Shown piece by piece: positions 10,130 through 18,318 of a stretch of DNA of 64,000 bases. The translations under genes and the position numbers were made by a program. Origin of the DNA: Marinilabiliaceae bacterium (GTDB lineage Bacteria; Bacteroidota; Bacteroidia; Bacteroidales; VadinHA17). The DNA lies in NCBI GenBank assembly GCA_036350795.1, contig JAZBNV010000046.1:3089-67088 (forward strand), given 5' to 3'. Below the pieces are notes generated by a model, which was not told the origin of the DNA, did not search any database, and saw only the letters and a program-made list of their open reading frames with translations. The stretch's first letter is position 1; every line of letters starts with the position of its first letter.

Positions 10130-10894
10130 ATGAATTTCAAATACGCAATATTAAGAAAGCCGTCTAAAAGCCTTTCCGGTGGACTTCGAAGTGTTGATTA
10201 CGGTGACCCCGATTATAAACTGGCTCTTGTGCAACACAGTGCCTATATCCTGGCTTTGCAGGAATGCGGACTGGAAGTAACTATCCTGGAGCCTCTCGAG
10301 GAGTACCCGGATTCAGTATTTATTGAAGACGTGGCCCTCTGTACACCCGGGGGTGCCATAATATGCAAACCAGGGGCAGGCAGCAGGAAGGGAGAAGAAA
10401 TACATATAGTTAATGCTATCCGACAGCATTTTCAGCAGCCTGGTATAATTATTTCTCCGGGAACAGTTGAGGCAGGAGACATAATGATGGCAGGAAAACA
10501 TTTCTATATTGGCTTATCGCAACGGACAAACAGGGAGGGTGCAGAACAGATGATTGCGGCACTGGAAAAATATGGATTCAGCGGATCATGTATCCCGCTG
10601 AAAGGTATACTTCACCTTAAAACAGGTATTTCCTACCTTGAGAACAACAATATTCTTTGCTGGAAAGAGATGTCGCTTTTACCCGAATTCAGCCAATACA
10701 ATAAATTAGTAGTGCCCGATAATGAGAAGTACGCGGCCAACAGCGTTTGGATTAACGGTACCGTGCTTGTTCCCCGCGGAAACCCGGTAAGCGAAAGACT
10801 GATTAAAGAGCACGGCTATAATACTATTGCCCTTGATATGAGCGAATTCAGGAAACTGGACGGGGGCTTAAGCTGCCTGTCCCTTCGTTTTTAA
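10130..10894 (+). CDS. Dimethylarginine dimethylaminohydrolase / amidinotransferase family
   Basis: PDSVFIEDVA, EAGD, LHLKTG and C-terminal DGGLSCLS with the catalytic Cys. Confidence 0.88.
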   Translation: MNFKYAILRKPSKSLSGGLRSVDYGDPDYKLALVQHSAYILALQECGLEVTILEPLEEYPDSVFIEDVALCTPGGAIICKPGAGSRKGEEIHIVNAIRQHFQQPGIIISPGTVEAGDIMMAGKHFYIGLSQRTNREGAEQMIAALEKYGFSGSCIPLKGILHLKTGISYLENNNILCWKEMSLLPEFSQYNKLVVPDNEKYAANSVWINGTVLVPRGNPVSERLIKEHGYNTIALDMSEFRKLDGGLSCLSLRF

Positions 10895-11319
10895 AATGTA
10901 AGAACCTTATAGCCTTTCTTTAGATAATCAGACAGAACACTGCCCATACCTTTTACATCAACACCAAGATTCCCCAGATCGTCATCCACACCATACATCC
11001 TTGCACAGGCTATACATGCTTCCGTTTTTATTCCTATTTCCTGCATTTTCTCAAGTTCTTCCTGCAGCTTCAGGTTTTCAGAAAGAAGCTTTGCAGAAGG
11101 ACCCCAGATAATAAAGCATACTTCGTCAAACCAGCGTGCTTTTTTAGCATTATATACATACATAAAAACCATCTTTTCAGCAACTTCCAGGTCTCCGCTG
11201 GTCCACACAACAACAAGTTTATCATTACCGGGTTCCTTTTCTGCTTTCTCTGTCGCTCCCTGGCCTGATGCTGCCAATGAAATAAGCAGGAATAATGTAA
11301 TTTGAATTATTTTCTTCAT
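10891..11319 (-). CDS. DsrE-family protein with N-terminal signal peptide
   Basis: IIWGPSAKL, EACIACA and YGV motifs; likely start MKKIIQITLFLLISLAASG/Q at 11319. Confidence 0.7.
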   Translation of the reverse strand: MKKIIQITLFLLISLAASGQGATEKAEKEPGNDKLVVVWTSGDLEVAEKMVFMYVYNAKKARWFDEVCFIIWGPSAKLLSENLKLQEELEKMQEIGIKTEACIACARMYGVDDDLGNLGVDVKGMGSVLSDYLKKGYKVLTF

Positions 11320-11329
11320 TTCACATTTA

Positions 11330-12025
11330 TTAGGTTCTGTCATTTAAATCCTTTCTTTTCATATCTGCAATTTCCTGAAGTTCGTGCGACAGGAAAACAG
11401 TTTTTTCATCATTTCGTACCAGCAGTTCTATCATTGCTCTTGCAACATCCCTTCCGTGTATCGCCCTGTAAAATTTCAGCTTGCCTATCAGTAAAAAAGA
11501 AAAGATCTTATAAAAAACTATAGCTGCTTTTTCCATAGGCCTTGATTCCTTCCTTTCTCCAAGTAATAATGAGGGACGGGCAATAAGCACTTTCTCAAAT
11601 GGAAGTTTTTCAATCCCTTTTTCCATTTCTCCCTTTATTCTGCTATAATAAGATCCTGAATTTTCATTGGCCCCCAGGGATGAAACAACAGCAACTTTTT
11701 TTACCCCTCTGCTGAGGGCAGCCTCTGCTATATTCACAGGCATATCCCTGTCAAGTTCTTCGTAACGTTTAATCGATCCTGCCTTTTTCCTGGTTGTGCC
11801 GAGGCAGATAAAAAGATCGTCGCCCCTCAGCTTATCGGCATAAGAAGCTACATCTTCTACATCTACAACATGTTCAATAAGCTTAATATGCTCGATATCA
11901 AGCTTTCTCCTTGTAAATGATTTAATTGCGGTATATCCCATATTCTGGATGAGTTCCTCAACCAGGTAGGTTCCAATAAGGCCTGTTGCCCCAAAAACTA
12001 TTGCTGTTTTATTTACCATCATCAT
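11330..12025 (-). CDS. NAD(P)-binding atypical SDR (CC3/TIP30/YraR-like)
   Basis: VFGATGLIG, CLGTTR, YSRIKGEME, RPSLLLG. Confidence 0.85.
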   Translation of the reverse strand: MMMVNKTAIVFGATGLIGTYLVEELIQNMGYTAIKSFTRRKLDIEHIKLIEHVVDVEDVASYADKLRGDDLFICLGTTRKKAGSIKRYEELDRDMPVNIAEAALSRGVKKVAVVSSLGANENSGSYYSRIKGEMEKGIEKLPFEKVLIARPSLLLGERKESRPMEKAAIVFYKIFSFLLIGKLKFYRAIHGRDVARAMIELLVRNDEKTVFLSHELQEIADMKRKDLNDRT

Positions 12026-12043
12026 TTTATTTTTAAGTTATTA

Positions 12044-12105
12044 AAAGGGGGACTTCCTTGTCCCCCTTTCCACGCCCGGGCGTGGTCTCTTATGTAAGGT
12101 AAGAG
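12044..12105. repeat. Three consecutive intergenic inverted repeats
   Basis: AAAGGGGGAC-N6-GTCCCCCTTT (12044-12069), palindrome CCACGCCCGGGCGTGG (12070-12085), CTCTTA-N7-TAAGAG (12087-12105). Confidence 0.7.
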
Positions 12106-12108
12106 GTT

Positions 12109-13428
12109 TTATAATCCACTAAAATCAACATCCCTGAATACCAGGGTCGGGGTTCTCCATGATGAATTTTCATATGCATCATTTCCTGTTTCCTCAAGGT
12201 TCATCCACAGATCTTTCATATTCCCGGTAATATTCATTTCCGAAACAGGCTGAATCTCTTTTCCCTTTTCAATAAGAAAACCTTCTATCCCATATGAGAA
12301 GTCGCCGGTAGCCCCGTTTGTATTTCCCCCGTTGAAGCCGGTTACCAGGATGCCCCTGTCAATGGTTGAAATAAGCTCTTCAGGTGTCCGGGTTCCTGTT
12401 TCAAAAACCAGATTGCTTATGCTGCCTGAAGTTGGCTCCATACCAAGCTTTTTGCCATAGTAAGTGTCAATAAAGTAGCTTTTCAAGACACCTTTTTCAA
12501 AAACTTTTCTTTTAGTCAGGGCAAGTCCTTCGTTATCGAAATGCTTTGATCCGCGCCCCGAGATAAGAGTCGGGTCGTCTGTAAGACTAAGTTTATCTGA
12601 TCCAAACTTTTTGCCTTTGCTATCAACAAGAAATGAATTTTTCTGCTGAATTGCAGACCCGTTAAGGGCAGAAATCACAGGCGACAATAGCTGGCCGGCC
12701 AGCCTGTTCTCAACTATCATCTTCATTTTACCCGAGGCAATCTTTTTCTGACCAATCTTCCTCTTTGCTCTTAATAATGCAGTCTTTGCCAGTCCTTCGC
12801 TGTTGAGCTTAGAGTGAAAAATCGTGCTTTCACTCCAGCCCGACTGGGGCCTTGCATCGCCACCGTCAACAGATACAGAAGCATAAACCCCAAAGTAAGA
12901 GCCCGAACTGTCTCCTTTAAAACCATTACTTGTAAGCATAACACTGTTGCTCATTCCATCTGAGTAACTGGCTGTTACAGATATAATCTTATCATCTGTC
13001 CCGATAATTTCCTTTTCAATGGCAAAAGCAGTATCAATTTTCGACCGCGGATCAATCGTCTCAATCTCCGAATCGTATGTTTTAAGGTCCTTGCCATCTC
13101 CCTTGTAATATAAGGCAGGATCAGGCAGGGTTCTGTATTCATCCTCTGAAAGATACCTTGTTCCCTCGATGGCCTCGCTTATAAAGCGGGCCAGTTCGTC
13201 CTTGTTGTTCAGCCTGTTGGTTGAATGAACAGAATACTTATTATCTACAAAGAGTTTTATGGATAATCCGGACTGGTTTTCCTGTTCCAGTTTATCAATC
13301 TTATTGTCTCTCACCTCAACGCTGCTGCTTACACTGCTGAATATACTTACAACTACTTCCCGGGCTCCGTTATCAAGAGCCGTCTGCATGGCCCATTCTG
13401 CAAGATCATATTTTTCTTTGATCGTCAT
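12109..13428 (-). CDS. pmbA: TldE/PmbA non-catalytic subunit of the TldDE metalloprotease
   Basis: FDNEG, GDFSYG and TPTL motifs; no HExxxH; directly downstream of tldD. Confidence 0.85.
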   Translation of the reverse strand: MTIKEKYDLAEWAMQTALDNGAREVVVSIFSSVSSSVEVRDNKIDKLEQENQSGLSIKLFVDNKYSVHSTNRLNNKDELARFISEAIEGTRYLSEDEYRTLPDPALYYKGDGKDLKTYDSEIETIDPRSKIDTAFAIEKEIIGTDDKIISVTASYSDGMSNSVMLTSNGFKGDSSGSYFGVYASVSVDGGDARPQSGWSESTIFHSKLNSEGLAKTALLRAKRKIGQKKIASGKMKMIVENRLAGQLLSPVISALNGSAIQQKNSFLVDSKGKKFGSDKLSLTDDPTLISGRGSKHFDNEGLALTKRKVFEKGVLKSYFIDTYYGKKLGMEPTSGSISNLVFETGTRTPEELISTIDRGILVTGFNGGNTNGATGDFSYGIEGFLIEKGKEIQPVSEMNITGNMKDLWMNLEETGNDAYENSSWRTPTLVFRDVDFSGL

Positions 13429-13468
13429 TTTACTTAATTTTTAAAATTTGCTTTTGCATTAATTAAAT

Positions 13469-14995
13469 CTAGGCATTTGTACCACCAACTGTAAGCTTCT
13501 TAACAAGTACGGAAGGAAGTCCGCATGTTACTGGTACCGATTGTCCTCCTTTTCCGCACATCCATGTTCCGTTATCAATCAGGTAATCGTCGGCAGCCAT
13601 TGATATATCTGCAAGTGCCTGCGGTCCGTTGCCAATAATGTTAATATCCTTTATCGGCTGTGTAAGTTTTCCCTTTTCGATAAGGTAACCAGACTTTACA
13701 AAGAAGGTAAAGTCTCCTGCGCCGATTTTAACCTGCCCATTGCTGAAATTATCGACATAAACACCATAATCAACACTGGAAAAAAGATCCTCCCGTGAAT
13801 CAGGCCCTGTTTCCATATATGTAGATCTCATGCGTGGCAGAGGAATATACCTGAAAGATTCCCGTCTGCCATTGCCCGTTGGATTAACATTATAATATTC
13901 AGAGCTGATCCTGTCATGTATATAGCTGTTAAGGACTCCATCCTTAACCAGGTAGGTTTTTTCCACATCGTTGCCTTCATCATCCACATTCAGAGAACCC
14001 CGGTTATTGGTAAGGGTGCCGTCGTCAATAATATTAATAAAGCTTTCTGCTATTTTCTTGCCCATCTTATCGCTGAAAATTGATTCTCCCTTACGGTTGA
14101 AATCAGCTTCGAAGGTATGGCCTATTGCCTCGTGCAAGAGGATTCCGGATCCGCCCGCCCCCATTACTACAGGCATTTCGCCTGCCTTTGGCTTAACTGC
14201 TTCAAAAAGAATATTTGTTCTGTCGACAGTTTCCTTTGCAAGCTCCCCGATAAGTTCATCGCTTAACCATTCAAAGCCCTTCCTGAAAGAGCGGGCAGAA
14301 TAGTTACTTTCAACCTGCTTGTCTTTTTGCATGGTTGACACAACACCAAAACTTACAAGAGGCCTGTAATCCCAGGTAAGCCTGCCTTCAGAATTATAGA
14401 ACAAAACATAGGATGTTTCGTCGTTAAGAAAGGCATTTACCTTTATAAGTTTGTCGTCGAGCGCAAAAACCCTGTCGTTTATTTTCTGAACAAAGGGTAT
14501 TTTATCTTTTACAGAAACATCTTCCCATTTACGGTCAATACGGTAGTATTTTCCGGGCACTTTTTCATCTATTCTGCCTGTTGTAAATTTATTCGGACTA
14601 TTGGCAATCTCTGCAGCCATTTTTGCAGCTTTCTGCATGGCTTCCAGGCTAACTGTTTCAGAATAGGCAAAGCCGGTCTGGTCACCATTCAAAACCCGTA
14701 TTCCCACTCCATAATCTATATTGGAGAAGGCCCTGTTAACCTTACCGTCTTCAAGGCCCAGGCTGTTACTTATCTTATGCTCAAAAAACAGGTCTGCATA
14801 TGTTCCTCCTTTCGACATTGCAGAAGATATTACTTTTCTTAATGTTTCGGCCGAAACTTCAAAATGTTCGAGGTAGCTTTTCACGTCAGGATTTAAATGT
14901 AAATTATTGCACGATTTTAAGAAAGGTGGCAGCAACACTGTCCCTGCTGCAACAGCCCCTCCGGTTTTAATAAATTTTCGTCTGTTAAGGTTCAT
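13469..14995 (-). CDS. tldD: TldD metalloprotease with Tat (and probable lipoprotein) signal
   Basis: LLHEAIGHTFEAD, TGNGRRES, PRMRSTY, CGKGGQ; N-terminus NRRKFIK...LKSC29. Confidence 0.9.
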   Translation of the reverse strand: MNLNRRKFIKTGGAVAAGTVLLPPFLKSCNNLHLNPDVKSYLEHFEVSAETLRKVISSAMSKGGTYADLFFEHKISNSLGLEDGKVNRAFSNIDYGVGIRVLNGDQTGFAYSETVSLEAMQKAAKMAAEIANSPNKFTTGRIDEKVPGKYYRIDRKWEDVSVKDKIPFVQKINDRVFALDDKLIKVNAFLNDETSYVLFYNSEGRLTWDYRPLVSFGVVSTMQKDKQVESNYSARSFRKGFEWLSDELIGELAKETVDRTNILFEAVKPKAGEMPVVMGAGGSGILLHEAIGHTFEADFNRKGESIFSDKMGKKIAESFINIIDDGTLTNNRGSLNVDDEGNDVEKTYLVKDGVLNSYIHDRISSEYYNVNPTGNGRRESFRYIPLPRMRSTYMETGPDSREDLFSSVDYGVYVDNFSNGQVKIGAGDFTFFVKSGYLIEKGKLTQPIKDINIIGNGPQALADISMAADDYLIDNGTWMCGKGGQSVPVTCGLPSVLVKKLTVGGTNA

Positions 14996-15111
14996 CTTTC
15001 CATGGTTTATTATAAAAATTCTGAATAAGATGCAAGTTAAGGGTTTAAACTATGATAGTTATAACCAATTTGACAGAAAAATGTTAAGAGGAAGTTAAAA
15101 AGCAGCGATTT

Positions 15112-15912
15112 TTATTCCGGTTTTCTTTCAAGCAGCTCAGGCGTTTGAATCATTCTTTTAACATACCTGAACAACCTGCCGCCGTGCGAAGCATCAACCA
15201 CCCTGTGATCCATTGCCACGCTTAAGTTCATAAGTCGCCTGGGAACTATTTGATCATTCACAACTGCCGGTTTCTTATATATTCCACCCATTGTAAATAC
15301 AATTGCAACATTCGACGTGGGGAAAAGAGCCGGGTAGCCCACATCCAGGCCTACCGTACCTATATTGGCCACCACGAATGAGCCATAGTTGTTTGCCGAT
15401 ATACCTGCAAAAGAGTAGCCCCAGCTTATTGTTATTAGCTTTATCAGCTTGTAAAACCATCTTCTGAAAGGCCAGGGTATCCGGGCAAGCATACCCTTTT
15501 TTCTCATCTCCCTGTTTTCTTCCCCCGACCTGGTTTCTTTAATTTTTTCAGAAAGGAATTCCGACAATTCTGAAAGGGTCATAAACTCTGCCGACGGAAC
15601 TTTTACAGAACTCATTTCATCTCTCTGGATCATTACACTTATCATTGCATCAACGCTTTCCTTGTGTACTATCCTGCCTCTGCGCACATAAGTATTCAGT
15701 TCCGGAACTTCAAATTTTAAACCTCTTGCAAAAATAAGGGTGAAAATATGTGTCGGTGTTATTTTCAATCCCTCTTTCCTCTTATTTGTAATGTACTTTT
15801 CAAGATCAGTAACATCCACCTCAACCGATCCAAGCATCTTGGAATCAACGGGTTTATTATAAATTGTAGATGCTACTACCCTCCAGTCTGTATTAAAGTT
15901 TATATCTGACAT
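15112..15912 (-). CDS. Stand-alone 2-oxoacid dehydrogenase E2-like acyltransferase catalytic domain
   Basis: DHRVVDA His motif and GSFVVANIG; only 266 aa with no lipoyl or E3-binding domain. Confidence 0.75.
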   Translation of the reverse strand: MSDINFNTDWRVVASTIYNKPVDSKMLGSVEVDVTDLEKYITNKRKEGLKITPTHIFTLIFARGLKFEVPELNTYVRRGRIVHKESVDAMISVMIQRDEMSSVKVPSAEFMTLSELSEFLSEKIKETRSGEENREMRKKGMLARIPWPFRRWFYKLIKLITISWGYSFAGISANNYGSFVVANIGTVGLDVGYPALFPTSNVAIVFTMGGIYKKPAVVNDQIVPRRLMNLSVAMDHRVVDASHGGRLFRYVKRMIQTPELLERKPE

Positions 15913-16058
15913 AAGGTAAAATTATGCCTAAAAATCAATTCCTCCAAAATTTTATCTCCATTAAAGCTTCCAGGCTATAAGGCTGATAACAATCAATTCT
16001 GTACAGGGGCCCGGGGCCTGTTTTTGTTATTTTGGATCAGGTTTTATTTAAAAATATA

Positions 16059-17138
16059 TCAAATACTCTTCAGTGCTTCTTCGAAAAATGCCAGCACATT
16101 TTCAGTTGGAGTGTCGGGTTGTATATTATGTGCCGGAGCAAGTATATAAGCACCCTCTGCACCAAATATATTCTTAATCCTCCTGAGGTGCTGTATTACC
16201 TCCTCCCTGCTGCCGAAGGGCAAAATATTCTGAATATCCACACCACCAAAAAACATTAATTCATGCCCGAATCTATTCTTCAATGATTGAGCTTCCATAT
16301 CCTTTGCAAGTGGCTGAATCGGGTTAAGTATATCAAGGCCTATTTCTATCAGGTCAGGAATAACAGGAATAAGCGAACCGCAGCTGTGATAGGCAATTTT
16401 AATATCAGGATTCAGCTTCTTAATCCTGGAAAAGATATATTCCATCCTGGGTTTGAAGTGCTTTCTCCAGAGATCAGGATCCAGCATCATCCCCGACTGG
16501 TTTCCAATATCATCTCCTGTCCATACAATATCTGCCCCCATTTCAACCATGGTAATGATGTGTGCCAGGTTTATCTCCATTACGCGGTCCATTAGCTCAA
16601 ATATGTATTTTCGTTCCATCAGCAGGTCCATCAGGAATTTTTCAAGGCCTGTCATATACCACGATAGTTCCAGAATAGTGCACTCCTGTTCGGCTATAAT
16701 GGCAAAATCTGAAGCATACTTTTGCACCTGTTCACGGGCAAGAGCAAATTTATCTGTACCTGAGGGATCGGGAAAATTATAAGAGATTATATCGTTTACA
16801 GTCTCTGCATGCTCAAGGGGATGGATGGCCATTTCGCTGTATACCCCGGTATCAATCCAGCCAATTCCCCATTCATCAATAACAATATTATTCTCCCGCT
16901 TCAGTGTAAATCCGTCGGGCCTTCCTGCTGCAATACAAACACAGTCATTCCCCAGGGTAAGCAGGGTATTGGTAAAAGATACCCTTGTCGATAGAAAAGA
17001 ATCAACCGCTTTCTCTGCAGGCAAGCCCAGGTGGGCACAAAGCCTTTCCCCTGCCTGGGGTGTAAAACTGGCAAAAACAGGAGGCCTGTCTACTTTCTGC
17101 CTGTTAATTGCCCTGAGTACTCGTTCCCTTGAATTCAT
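16059..17138 (-). CDS. Uroporphyrinogen decarboxylase (URO-D/MtaA-CmuA) superfamily protein
   Basis: DRPPV, DEWGI, GDDIG, YHSCG, LNPIQP, FGGVD, PAHNIQ. Confidence 0.8.
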   Translation of the reverse strand: MNSRERVLRAINRQKVDRPPVFASFTPQAGERLCAHLGLPAEKAVDSFLSTRVSFTNTLLTLGNDCVCIAAGRPDGFTLKRENNIVIDEWGIGWIDTGVYSEMAIHPLEHAETVNDIISYNFPDPSGTDKFALAREQVQKYASDFAIIAEQECTILELSWYMTGLEKFLMDLLMERKYIFELMDRVMEINLAHIITMVEMGADIVWTGDDIGNQSGMMLDPDLWRKHFKPRMEYIFSRIKKLNPDIKIAYHSCGSLIPVIPDLIEIGLDILNPIQPLAKDMEAQSLKNRFGHELMFFGGVDIQNILPFGSREEVIQHLRRIKNIFGAEGAYILAPAHNIQPDTPTENVLAFFEEALKSI

Positions 17139-17307
17139 TGCTTTCTTCTTTTCCCTAAAAATAATAAATTATACCGGAGCATAAATAAAACATTACCATT
17201 GGCTTATCTTTAAGTTGCAGCAGAAAGCTCAGGAATACAGGCATGCTCCCGGCCCAAAAAGAATCTTCTATTCAAATAATACTTGCTTTTATAAAAACTA
17301 TTATTAG

Positions 17308-17330
17308 CTTTGCATTACAAAGTACTTTTA
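17308..17330 (+). promoter_or_regulatory. Operator copy 1 (CTTTG-N5-CAAAG), overlapping the -7 box TAGCTTTG at 17305-17312
   Basis: CTTTGCATTACAAAGTACTTTTA, ending 10 nt before the ATG; 22/23 identical to copy 2. Confidence 0.7.
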
Positions 17331-17340
17331 AAACACAACC

Positions 17341-17964
17341 ATGGGTGCACAGGAAAAACATACAGATGACCTTAAAATTATAAGGAAAATAATGGAAGAG
17401 TCATCACGCTTTCTGTCTTTAAGCGGACTATCCGGGGTTTTTATAGGTTTATATGCCTTAATCGGGGCGATAGTGTGCAGGTTTATTATTCTGAACGAAA
17501 GCAGCAAGGGAGATTATTCCCTGTTCAGTGCTGAAATATCGCTTAATAATAAAATACTGGCTCTTGCATTTTTTGTACTGATTATGATTATTTCGCTGGC
17601 TACAGCCTACCTGCTGGCACTTAAAAAAAGCCGGTCAAAGAATCAGAAAATATGGAGCCCGGTAACACGTCAGCTCCTGGTAAACCTTTTTGTACCACTT
17701 GCTGCCGGAGCTGTATTTATAATCATATTACTGGTGAATAACAATCCTGAATATATTGGAGCATCCATGCTGATATTTTACGGACTTGCTCTTTTTAATG
17801 CCGGTAAATATACCTTTGGCGAGGTTCAGTACCTGGGTGGCATTGAAATCATTTTTGGTCTGCTGGCCGCCTCTTTCACTCAACTTTCCTTAATATTCTG
17901 GTTGCTTGGCTTTAGTGCATTGCATATTTTATACGGATTGATCCTTTATCAAAAATACAGGTAA
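17341..17964 (+). CDS. Conserved multi-pass membrane protein
   Basis: About six hydrophobic segments; IRKIMEESSRFLSLSGLSG and LHILYG motifs typical of the Bacteroidetes gene that precedes this wHTH gene. Confidence 0.75.
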   Translation: MGAQEKHTDDLKIIRKIMEESSRFLSLSGLSGVFIGLYALIGAIVCRFIILNESSKGDYSLFSAEISLNNKILALAFFVLIMIISLATAYLLALKKSRSKNQKIWSPVTRQLLVNLFVPLAAGAVFIIILLVNNNPEYIGASMLIFYGLALFNAGKYTFGEVQYLGGIEIIFGLLAASFTQLSLIFWLLGFSALHILYGLILYQKYR

Positions 17965-17975
17965 GCGCATAAAGG

Positions 17976-18269
17976 ATGAAGGATCTGATAAATAAGCTGG
18001 ATAAACTCCTTGAAAACAGGGTGAGGCTGGGTATAATGTCTGCTTTAATGGTGAATGACTCTGTGGATTTCAATACCCTGAAAGAATTACTTGGTGTTAC
18101 CGACGGCAATCTTGCCAGTCACCTGAAGGCTCTTGAAAAAGGAGGCCTGGTAAAGATACACAAGCAATTTATCGGGAGAAAACCCAATACAAAATACAAT
18201 GCAAGCGATAAAGGAAAAAAGGTTTTTAACGAACACCTCGGCGCCCTTGAGCAACTTATAAGAAGATAA
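17976..18269 (+). CDS. Winged helix-turn-helix transcriptional regulator
   Basis: RLGIMSAL, FNTLKELL, TDGNLASHLKALE, GRKPNTKY. Confidence 0.88.
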   Translation: MKDLINKLDKLLENRVRLGIMSALMVNDSVDFNTLKELLGVTDGNLASHLKALEKGGLVKIHKQFIGRKPNTKYNASDKGKKVFNEHLGALEQLIRR

Positions 18270-18285
18270 TTTTTTTATTAATATA

Positions 18286-18308
18286 CTTTGCATTTCAAAG
18301 TACTTTTA
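18286..18308 (+). promoter_or_regulatory. Operator copy 2 (TACTTTG-N5-CAAAGTA)
   Basis: CTTTGCATTTCAAAGTACTTTTA, ending 10 nt before the creD ATG. Confidence 0.7.
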
Positions 18309-18318
18309 GTTTAGAACA

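Noticed and set aside
14996-15111. Search for a RiPP precursor near tldDE
   Set aside because: No small Cys/Ser/Gly-rich ORF, YcaO or other maturase nearby; only a 3-codon MER uORF.
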